A stretch of DNA of 23,851 nt from Octopus sinensis (Eukaryota): positions 1 to 23,851 of the forward strand of contig NW_021836538.1 of assembly GCF_006345805.1 (NCBI RefSeq). The letters run 5' to 3'. Shown piece by piece: positions 10,993-20,260 of this stretch. The notes beneath the pieces were generated by a model. The model was not told where the DNA came from. It worked only from the letters and a program-made list of their open reading frames with translations, and did not search any database. The translations under genes and the position numbers were made by a program. Numbering within the stretch: the first letter of the stretch is position 1; each line of letters begins with the position of its first letter.

Positions 10993-11688
10993 GGCGGCGA
11001 GCTGGCAGAAGCGTCAGCATGCCGGGCGAAATGCTTAGTTGTATTTCGTCTGCCGCTACGTTCTGAGTTCAAATTCGACTTAATCCGTTTGTCTGTCTTT
11101 GTTTATCCCCTATGTGTTTAGCCCCTTGTGGGTAATAAAGAAATAGAAATAGGTATTTCGTCTGTCATCACGTTCTGAGTTCAAATTCCGCTGAGGTCGA
11201 CTTTGCCTTTCATCCTTTCGGGGTCGATTAAATAAGTACCAGTTACGCACTGGAGTCGATGTAATCGACTTAATCCGTTTGTCTGTCCTTGTTTGTCCCC
11301 TCTATATTTAGCCCCTTGTGGGTAGTAAAGAAATAGGTATTTAGTCTGCTGCTACATTCTGAGTTCAAATTCCGCCGAGATCGACTTTGCCTTTCATCCT
11401 TTCGGGGTCGATAAATTAAGTACCAGTTACGCATTGGGGATCGATGTAATCGACTGTCCCTCTACCCAAAATTTTCGGGCCTTGTGCCTAGAGTAGAAAA
11501 TAAGGCGGTGAGCTGGCAGAATCGTTAGCTAAGTGACATTTCGTTCATCTTTTAAGTTCTGGGTTCAAATTCTGCCGATGCCGACTTTGTCCTTCATGGT
11601 CGATAAAATAAGTACCAGCTGAGTACTGGGGTTGATGTAATCTTACCCACTCCCCAAATTTGCTGGCTTTCTGCCGAAATTTGAAACC
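10993..11688 (+). mobile_element. Head-to-tail cluster of four SINE-B units (10993-11151 T1; 11152-11335 T1; 11336-11500 T3; 11504-11688 T2)
   Basis: Repeated bodies with three different tails. Units 2 and 3 both begin at GGTATTT immediately after an AAGAAATA tail. Confidence 0.88.
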
Positions 11689-11853
11689 AAACCAATGTTG
11701 CCCCAATTAACGTTACCTGAAAGATGCTTTCGCCAAGCATATTTTTTTTTACCAATGTTGCCTTAGTCAACATATTACATCAGTCAATCGTCGTCAATGA
11801 CTGTTACTTCAACTGATGACAATTTCATCTGTCAAATTTACTTCAATTTGCCC

Positions 11854-11940
11854 CATCATCATCATCATCATTGTTCGACCGTGGTCGAGACAATAGAATT
11901 TACTATGTTACGCCAGACTTCACGGTCCATCATAGCATTA
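11854..11940 (-). mobile_element. 3' stub of an RTE-clade LINE with a (TGA)n tail
   Basis: The minus strand encodes NAMMDREVWRNIVNSIVSTTVEQ*, then (TGA)6. MDRxxWR near the ORF end plus a short tandem tail is typical of RTE. Confidence 0.8.
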
Positions 11941-11942
11941 CA

Positions 11943-12150
11943 GGTATTTCGTCTGCTGCTACGTTCTGAGTTCAAATTCCGCCGAGGTCGACTTTGCCTT
12001 TCATCCTTTCGGGGTCGATAAATTAAGTACCAGTTACGCACTGGGGTCGATCTAATCGACTGTCCCCCTACCCAAACTTTTCGGGCCTTGTGCCTAGAGT
12101 AGAAAAGAATATTATCTAAATTAAGGCGGTGAGCTGGCAGAATCGTTAGC
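11943..12150 (+). mobile_element. SINE-B body starting at GGTATTT (T3 tail), followed by a lone SINE-B head
   Basis: Near copy of 11336-11530, including the T3 tail-to-head junction. Confidence 0.85.
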
Positions 12151-12396
12151 TTAGTGGCCCCAGACTATTATTACACCAGTAAATGCTACTCCAGTCAATG
12201 TTATTCCAACCAATGTTGCTTCAGTCAAAGTTGCTTCAATCAAAGTTGCTCGCATCAAAACTGCTTGCATCAATACAATTTCAGGCAATCGTTTACTTCA
12301 ATATACTCTCTGTGGTTGCTTTAATGTCTAAACTGTTGTCTTTCTCTTTCTAATTATAATTATATTTATAAGCTTTAAGCTTCTAAGCTATCAACA

Positions 12397-13015
12397 TTTA
12401 TCGACTAAAGAAAATAGTCTCGTATTGGGGCATATAAGCCCTCGATGGAAAAAAGTAGATTTTCTGTACGTATGGAACTCAAAACTACACCTCTTATATT
12501 CGCGAATATAAGAGGTGTGGGTTCGAGTCCCATACTCTCTCTCTTTTACTATTTTACTTGTTTCAGTCATTTGACTGCGGCCATGCTGGAGCACTGCCTT
12601 TAGTCGAGTAAATCGACCTCCAGGACTTATTCTTTGTAAGCCTAGTACTTATTCTATCAGTCACTTTTGCCGAACCGCTAAGTTACGGGGGCGTAAACAC
12701 ACCAGCATCGGTTGTCAAGCGATGTTGGGGGGACAAACACAGACACACAAACACACACACACATATATATACATATATACGACGGGCTTCTTTCAGTTTC
12801 CGTCTACCAAATCCACTCACAAGGCTTTGGTTAGCCCGAGACTATAGTAGAAGACAATAGCCCAAGGTGCCACGCAGTGGGACAGAACCCGGAACCATGT
12901 GGTTGGTAAGCAAGCTACTTACCGCACAGCCACTCCTGCATACAGAAAACCCACTTTTTTTTTCAATCGAGGGCTTATATGCCCCAATTCGAGACTATTT
13001 TCTTTAGTCAATAAA
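12397..13015. mobile_element. Spacer-less palindromic (foldback) element of about 215 bp, right arm split by a SINE-C insertion
   Basis: Perfect 32-bp central palindrome ACACCTCTTATATTCG|CGAATATAAGAGGTGT (12487-12518). 12403-12468 matches the reverse complement of 12941-13009. Confidence 0.85.
12536..12938 (-). mobile_element. tRNA-derived SINE family C, near full length
   Basis: The minus strand reads GGAGTGGCTGTGCGGTAAG (A-box-like), GGTTCTGTCCC (B-box-like) and CACCTTGGGC (CORE-like), and ends in an A/G-rich short-repeat tail. CATAC lies on both sides (12531-12535, 12939-12943). Confidence 0.9.
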
Positions 13016-13136
13016 CAGCGATAAATTTAAACTTAGAAATATTATTATTTACAGAACGGTTTCTTCATTTATCGTAGAAAGTGTACATGTTTGTTTCTCT
13101 AATTATGTTTATTAATGATATTTTAATTATCGTTAA

Positions 13137-13346
13137 GGCGGTGAGCTGGCATAATCATCAGCACACTGGGAAAAATACTTAGCGGGATTTCGTCCGTCTT
13201 TACGTTCTGAGTTCAAATTCCGCTGAGGTCGACTTTGACTTTCATCCTTTCGGGGTCGATGAAATAAGTACCAGTTGAGCACTGGAGTCAATGTAATCAA
13301 CTTATTCCTTCCCCTGAACATGTGGCTTTGAGCCAAAATTTGAACC
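13137..13346 (+). mobile_element. SINE family B (T2 tail), full length
   Basis: GGCGGTGAGCTGGC head through CCAAAATTTGAACC tail. Confidence 0.9.
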
Positions 13347-13546
13347 AATATTGCCCTTATCAATGTTACCTGAAATTTGCTTTAGTCAATTTTTTTGCCA
13401 GTATTGCTTTAGTCAAGATACTCCACCAGTCAATCGTTCCTCGGTGATGGTTGCTTCAAGTGATGCTAATTTAGTTTGTGAAATTTGCTTCAATATATTT
13501 TTTGCTCCAAACTATTGTTACTTCAGTAAATGCTGCTCTCGTCAGT

Positions 13547-13806
13547 GTTGCTCCAGCCAAAATCACTTCAAAGTTGCTCCAGCCAAAATCGCTTCAAAGT
13601 TGGACCAGCTAAAATCGCTTCAAAGTTGCTCCAGCCAAAATCGCTTCAAAGTTGCTCCAGCCAAAATCGCTTCAAAGTTGCTCCAGCCAAAATCGCTTCA
13701 AAGTTGCTTCAACCAAAATCGCTTCAAAGTTGCTCCAACCAAAATCGCTTCAAAGTTGCTCCAACAAAAATCGCTTCAAAGTTGCTCCAGCCAAAATCGC
13801 TTCAAA
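13547..13806. repeat. 26-bp minisatellite, 10 copies (GTTGCTCCAGCCAAAATCGCTTCAAA)
   Basis: Units start at 13547, 13573, 13599 ... 13781, with no spacers. Confidence 0.97.
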
Positions 13807-14083
13807 GTTGCTCGCATCAATTCAATTTCAGGCAATGACTTAACAGTGATTTACTTCAATATTCTGTGGTTGCTTTAATGTTTAAATTGTCGTCTTTCTC
13901 TCTCGTTGTCTCTCCCTCTCTCTCTTTCTCCCCTTCTCTAATTATGTTTATCAATAATATTTTATTGTTGTATTTAGGAATGGTCATTTTGCCAGTTTAG
14001 CCAATAAAAACACACGCTCTATATATTTGGTGTTACTTTGCTTCAGCGTTATTTATTTTTTACATTAATCTTAATCTTATTTC

Positions 14084-14128
14084 GGCCAGAGTTCTTTCGT
14101 CACACTCCTGTGACCGCATCAGTGGTCC
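14084..14128 (-). ncRNA. Hammerhead-like motif with a deviant core (A9 replaced by C)
   Basis: Minus strand: GGACCA-CUGAUGC-G-GUCAC(AGGAGU)GUGAC-GAAA-G(AA)C-UC-UGGCC. Confidence 0.35.
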
Positions 14129-14303
14129 TTTGCTTTCTTCTTTCTTATTTGTGTGTCTCTCCTTACTAACCGTCAGCCATTTTGTATTTCTATTGTATCT
14201 GTCTTCATTTGCGCATAAAAAATCTTGCACAACAAATATATAAAGGTAATAACATTTCAACCATCGTTACCTCAACGTATTACTGTGATTTATCTCTCAA
14301 CAG

Positions 14304-14444
14304 GTGTCTACTGGAAGAAGCATCCCAGGAGAAAGATCGTCTTATTATTGGTCTGCGGGAATCGAACATACGCAGTCAGATCTTGGCTGAAGAAGACGAT
14401 GAGAGGCATGCCGCTTTAGAGAAAACCCTGCAACACAGACTTCA
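14304..14444 (+). CDS. NIN: Ninein-like exon D (phase 2 to 2)
   Basis: CTCTCAACAG acceptor, CA/GTGAGT donor. CLLEEASQEKDRLIIGLRESNIRSQILAEEDDERHAALEKTLQHRL resembles recalled ninein EKEKLR...EVDDHHAAIER. Confidence 0.9.
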
Positions 14445-14672
14445 GTGAGTTCCAACTTTGGCTTCAGCACCTCGCTTTCCTATTGTTCCATTCTTCACTT
14501 TTCAAGGAAATCTCACACATTACAACTTTAAACTATTCCAGATTCTCTTAAATATGAAACTAAAAAGGAGGTTTTTTATATATTTTCCATGAGTAAATTT
14601 TGTGTGTTGAGGGCTGGAGTGTATTTAGAGACCAGAAAGGGATTTTCATGAGATTCTTTTTAGAGATGTACG

Positions 14673-14799
<127 letters not shown>

Positions 14800-15209
14800 G
14801 GGTGAATGTAGCAAGGATGGCACGTATGAATGACGAAGCCACCTTGAGCATAATCCTATGAACCCCAAAAAATTTAAAACAGAGGGTTACCTACTTGCAA
14901 ACAAATGTGGTAACATGTAACATTATTGACCGAGGTTACCGTGGTCTTTTCCGTAGGCTTTTCTTTCCACGGATAAACCTTATCTGCTTCCCCCTTTACA
15001 CTTTACATCATGACATTTCTGTGATACACGATCCAAATTGATCGTTTTTTTTTCTTTTGTTTCTTTTCCATTTTTTCTTCTTTCCCTTTTACGATCCCTT
15101 TTGATCGAAAACCAACCCCACTTTTGTTTTTTCTTTCCCCCAAAAAGAAAAGCTCTACTTTGTAATCTGTCCCGTCTGTGTGCAGCCCTGTTTGGCTAAT
15201 AAAGAAACA

Positions 15210-15210
<1 letters not shown>
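14800..15210 (+). mobile_element. Short 5'-truncated L1/Tx1-clade copy (last about 20 codons of ORF2 plus 3' UTR)
   Basis: Collinear with 19304-19752. Encodes [20 protein letters not shown] versus ...SIVL* in the long copy. AATAAA at 15198-15203. Confidence 0.9.

Positions 15211-15286
<76 letters not shown>
15211..15286. repeat. (ATCT)n between the two Tx1 copies
   Basis: Direct reading. Confidence 0.98.
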
Positions 15287-15287
<1 letters not shown>

Positions 15288-18200
15288 AACACACACAAAC
15301 TGATCCCCCATCCCTTATACCGCACTCAACACCACAACACTCAACAACCACAACAACGAAACAACAACAACAACCACTTACACAGACATACATAGAAGCC
15401 CACAACATACCCCTACCCCCTTCTGATTCCTCAGAATTTCGTCGGAAGACGAAACCAGTGAGGAATGGCAAATAGCTACAAAAAGAAGGAAAATAAAGAG
15501 CAAACACAACCAAACCAAATGCAACACGAACAAAGCAGGGGGAAATACATCTCCCGAAGACATTCAAAACCCACGCAAACACAGCCACACCAACACCACA
15601 AAAACATATACAGCAAACATGCTCACAGCCATAGACACCAAAAACAACAAATTTGATGGAATACATCCAATCAAAAACAAACATACAGAAGATGACATAA
15701 AAACAAACAACACCCACCCATACACAAACACCACCAGACCACATCAAAATAATACACATCTCCAAAAGTCTGCACCACACACTCAAAGGCATTTTCCCCA
15801 GTGCGGTTGGTAAATGCCAAAAATATCTCACAAAGAAACTGTACTGGGATCTTCTCGAGGACAACCAACGGAGGAGAAAGCAAAAACTTTCGAGCAGTAA
15901 GTAACCCTCTGTATTCTAATTCATTAGAACTATGATCAAGATTGGTTGTGTAAATGCGCGTGGCTTGGGGTCCCCCTTGGAACAAGGGTACCTCTTAAAT
16001 GACATAAAGTCACATAAGTTAGAAATCATAGCCATAAGCGAGACCAGACTCCACAATCCGCGGGCCCTAAAGACCATGTTTGGCGGACAGTTCAACATTT
16101 ATTTTTCCCCCTGTCCTGCCGAGAATGGGCGGTAGTGGCACCGCGGTACTTTTTCACAAGAGTCTGGATCTCAATGTAAGGACAATATTCGTAGACCCGG
16201 AGGGTAGACTGGTCGTCCTGGATGTCGACGGCAGCAATGGGTGCGCTTTCGGCTCGTATCAGTTTACGCACCGCCCTTAACAGGTCGGGCGGATTTCTTT
16301 CAACGTCTAGAAGTTTTCTGGAACGTCTCGTCCTTTACTCTTAGTGGGGGATTGGAATGCTACCTTGGACACGCATGTAGACTACGTGGGTAGAGATAGG
16401 AATAGACGGGGATGCAAATGCCTCAGAGACCTGCTCAGACGCTTTCACTGTCTGACAGGTTTCGACTAGACCACCCGAATGCGCCAACGTGGACATGGAG
16501 CAACCGCATCGGGTCGTCGAGATCGTATCTAGATAGGATACTGTGTAGGACAGTAGATAGAGATAGCATAGAATGTCCACAATTCCACATAGTCAGCTAC
16601 ACGGATCACAAACTTGTGACATGTACGCTAGACTTAGGTAAGACACTTAGGCAGGGTCCCGGATACTGGAAACTAAACGCGTCTTTCCCATCGAGACAAG
16701 TTTTCAGAGACCGGATTAGCACACACTAGTAAAGAGGGCTTTGACGGGAGCCATCATCAACAACAAAATGGTGGTTTGCCCTCAAGAGAGCAGTAAAAGC
16801 AGAAGCCGATTAGGTACAGCAAAGCACTAGCCATAGATAGAAATAGAGTAGAGGGTGAGCTAGTTAAGAAGCTAGAAGAGGCAATTAGAAGCGGCAAATC
16901 GCATCGACGTTTTGGCGGCGAGGTTGGCCCTCGACCAACACTTCAACGCCAAACACGAAGGATGTGCTGTCAGAGCTAGGATGCGGCTCTAAGGAACGAA
17001 GGTGTTGGAGCCGCGAGAGAGGGCCCGGGTGGCAGAGGCCGCAACAGGGCAACAAAGCCACCATTCGGTCACTGGTAGATGAACAGGGGCGCGAATTGCT
17101 CGAGCCAAGTAAAATGTGTGAGGCCTTTCAGCAGCATTTTGCCCGACTGTTCGGAACGAGTGGAGGGCAAGAACGTAGGGTGGACTTCAGTGCCTACCTA
17201 CATAGCCTACCACGACTCTCGACAAGAAAGGCAGGGTGCTGCGAAGGTTGCCATCACGGCGGCGGAAGTGCGGGAAGCGATGGCAGAATGCTCGAGGGAC
17301 AAAATCACCGGGTTTGGATGGTCTACCTACGAGCTTTACAATTGTATGCCAGACTTGTTTGGAGATCTCTTTGGCGGCGGTGTACTGCAACTGGCAGCAA
17401 AACGGGAGCATTCCTGTTTGTGAGCCGAGGAGCCGTAACACTGCTGAAGAAAGATCTAAACCAGGGAAATGTAATAGATAACTTTAGGCCCATCACTCTG
17501 CTTAATGCAGACTTGAAAAATTTTGGCCAAGGTGCTAGCCAAGAGGTTGGCGCTTGTCATCGAGAAACTGGTCGACAAGGCGCAAACATGCGCCGTGCCA
17601 GGCCGGACCATCCATGACAAACCTCCATCTGATGCGCTACATCATAGACAGGGTAGTTAACGAACCTGGCATGGGTGGGGCCCTGATCAACTTGGATCAA
17701 TCAAAAGCCTTTGATAGGGTAGAGCCATCGATACTTGGAGGCAGTCCTGAGAGCGGCTGGTTTCGGTCCCGTCTCCCGCGGCTGGATAGCTGCCTTGTAC
17801 AGAGGCATCCGTTCGGTAATTCGCGTAAATGGACATCTATCGAGACCTTTCGACATTGCACGTTCGTCCGTCAGGGATGCCCCCTCTCGGCGCTTCTATA
17901 CGTATTGACTCTTGAGCCACTACTGCGGAAGCTGGCGACTCTAAGGGGCATCCCGCGAGAATTGGGATGCGGGACGAGCGTGTCTGCATACGCGGACGAC
18001 GTCACCGTCATAGTGTCTAGCCACGAGCACATCGAGCTGGTCGGCGGGACACTGAAAAACTACGAAGCGGTGACAGGAGCGAAAATCAACCGGGAAAAGT
18101 CAGTGGGCTTGCGACTAGGCACCTGGAGAAGCAAGCCCATGCCGTCCACCAGCGCCTCCGTCGTGGGACGCTGGACCGACGGCCCGGTTGAGTTGCTCGG

Positions 18201-19751
18201 GGTCTGGTTTGGTCCGGACCTCCAAGTGGAGAATAACTGGAACGAGATAACGAGTAGGTGTCACTCTCTCGCCCGGCAATGGGCCGAGAGGAACTGTCCC
18301 TAAAAGGTCGAGCGGAGGTGGCGAACACTACATCGCGTCCGTCATCTACTACTACCGCCTGACCGTCGTACCTTGTCCCGACCCTACCATCACCAAAACA
18401 ACAAACGCATCCCTCTTTCGCTTCTTGTGGAAAGATGCGTCCCGATGGTCAGGCGATCCATTTGCTGTCAACACCCGTTAAAAGGAGGGCTGGGCATGCC
18501 GTGTTGATGATGCGCAGAACACGCGCTGAGACTGCGACATCTCTGGCTCTAGTAGACGACGGTGAACAGGTGTGGTCGCCGTTTGTGAGGCACGCTTTCC
18601 CTCCCGCAGCTCGTCCCCATGACCGAACTGCAGTCGTGGATCAAAAGAGGCCGAGGAAGGGCGAATGGCACCGCGAGTGTCGCGTTGCTCTCAAGCAACT
18701 CTGCCGTCCTGGGTCGACCTTAAGTGACTTCAACACAACCAAAGCATTCTATAGGGGTTTAGTGGAGGGGAGGTACGACGACGAGCTCGGGGCGAACCTG
18801 GACGTCGACGAGAGTACACCCTGACCCGCCTGTTCGGGACGACTTTCGGGCCAGGGCCCATGGACAACTTCCAGAGATCCCTGGCCTGGCAGTGCTACCG
18901 AGAAGCGCTACCCGTTCGGGAAGCTCTACAGACACACGGCTCGAGAAACAACGGGGCCGACCTGCCCGATATGCGGTCAGAGCGACGAACTCGTTCAGTG
19001 TCCAACAATTTCCGACCTGTGGGCTTATGTCGAACAACTGCTGTCACGTGTGGGACGAGTCGGTTTATCAGCTGAGTCTATCGTCAATATTGTCACGCCT
19101 CCTTCCTTCAAACGGGAAGGAAGAGCTATTTTCATCATCCTTGTGGCTATGGCGAAGGAATGTATCTGGTGGACGCGTCTGAAAGGATTGGAGACAAACA
19201 CTTTCCTCTCTGGTCAATCTCTCATCAACTTCTTCAAGTACCACTTGAAAAGGAAAGTGAGAGTAGAGAGGCAAGTTTTGTCTAGCGATGTTTTAAAAAA
19301 GATGGGTGAATGTAGCAAGAATGGCACGTATGAATGACGAAGCCACCTTGAGCATAGTCCTATGAACCCAGAATCGAAAACAGAGAGTTGCTTATTTGCA
19401 AAAAAAAAAAAAAAAAAAAAATATAAAATGTGACTTCATTGACCGAGGTTACCGTGGTCTTTTCCGCAGGCTTTTCTTTCCACGGGTAAACCTCACCTGT
19501 CCTCCCCTTTACACTTCATATTGGACATTTCTGTGATAACGATCCCTATTGATCATTTTTTTTTCCTCTCTCCCCCTTTTTTTTTTTTTTTTTTTTAACA
19601 ACCCCCCTATTTTTGTCTCTTTCTCTCCTTTTCGATCCCTTTTGATCGAACCTCCCCTTCCTTTTTTTTTTTTTTAATACCTTCAAAAGAAAAGCTCTAC
19701 CTTGTAATTTGTTCTATCTGTGTGCAGCCCTGTGTGGCTAATAAAGAAACA

Positions 19752-19752
<1 letters not shown>
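15287..19752 (+). mobile_element. Long L1/Tx1-clade non-LTR retrotransposon, about 4.47 kb (probable ORF1 C-terminal remnant, complete but frameshifted ORF2, 3' UTR)
   Basis: An open C/A-rich frame at 15427-15813 (…SEDETSEEWQIATKRRK…) precedes the ORF2 start at 15932. The 3' UTR has AATAAA at 19740-19745, followed by (ATCT)n. Confidence 0.9.
15932..19365 (+). pseudogene. Tx1-type ORF2 (APE endonuclease, reverse transcriptase, C-terminal Cys motif) broken by more than 20 small indels
   Basis: APE motifs: IGCVNARGL, ISETRL, VYAP, GDWN, YLDR, TDH, GPGYWKLN. RT motifs: SPGLDGLP, FRPITLLNADLK, LDQSKAFDRV, RQGCPLS, YADD, INREKS. C-terminal CPICGQSDE. Reassembled by hand across frames; stop at 19363-19365. 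Confidence 0.9.

Positions 19753-19818
<66 letters not shown>
19753..19818. repeat. (ATCT)n; 3' flank of the long Tx1 copy
   Basis: Direct reading. Confidence 0.98.
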
Positions 19819-19842
19819 TAATTTTTATAAAGTAACGATTGA

Positions 19843-19884
19843 CAGTGACATCGAAGTTTCGGCCAACCAGCCGTTATCAAACTG
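19843..19884 (-). ncRNA. Candidate minimal type I hammerhead ribozyme (U3-A8 core variant, GUC cleavage triplet)
   Basis: Minus strand: CAGU-UUGAUAA-C-GGCU(GGUU)GGCC-GAAA-C(UUCGAU)G-UC-ACUG. All three stems close. Predicted cut between 19847 and 19846. Confidence 0.6.
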
Positions 19885-20169
19885 GGGGTTAGGTTTACTT
19901 TCCAAGCATTTTAAGTGTGTTTTAGGCAGGGCACTCCTTTGGTGGGTGGAGCAATGTATATGAAAATTAGGTGTGAAATAAATGAGTTTAAGGCAGAAAG
20001 AAGTGGTTGTGAAGGAAATAGAAATGAAGAGGGACAAGAGTATAGTAGGGGGGGTGGCTGGAGGAAGAAATATGTCTTTCTCTCTTTTTGTTTCTCTGTG
20101 TACAAATACTTGTATGTGTACCATGTAAGCATATGTATATGTACACACACATATATGCATATATGTATG

Positions 20170-20171
<2 letters not shown>

Positions 20172-20222
<51 letters not shown>

Positions 20223-20260
20223 TATATATATATTGTGTGTGTGTGTGTGTGTGTGTGTGT
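20172..20260. repeat. (TA)n(TG)n compound microsatellite
   Basis: Direct reading. Confidence 0.95.

Larger units (their letters stand above)
11689..12356. repeat. Degenerate 15-bp-periodic repeat unit A, interrupted by RTE and SINE pieces; paralogous to 13347-13965
   Basis: Shares ATGTTGC...GTCAA motifs and the terminal block TCAATxCAATTTCAGGCAAT...CTGTGGTTGCTTTAATGT with the second copy. Confidence 0.7.

Noticed and set aside
12155-12270. Pentapeptide-repeat-like reading on the minus strand (LIEATLTEATLVGITLTGVAFTG)
   Set aside because: Any 15-bp periodic repeat gives this pattern. The frame is short and broken, and the paralogous copy switches to a 26-bp period that is not a multiple of three.
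12349-13106. CTAATTAT direct repeat as the 8-bp TSD of a larger hAT element
   Set aside because: There are no terminal inverted repeats inside the putative TSDs, and the AT-rich match is better explained by the A/B duplication.
13547-13806. CRISPR array, or repeat protein ORFs (13351-13878, 13530-13838)
   Set aside because: The 26-bp units are contiguous with no spacers, the context is eukaryotic, and the same peptide cycles through all three frames.
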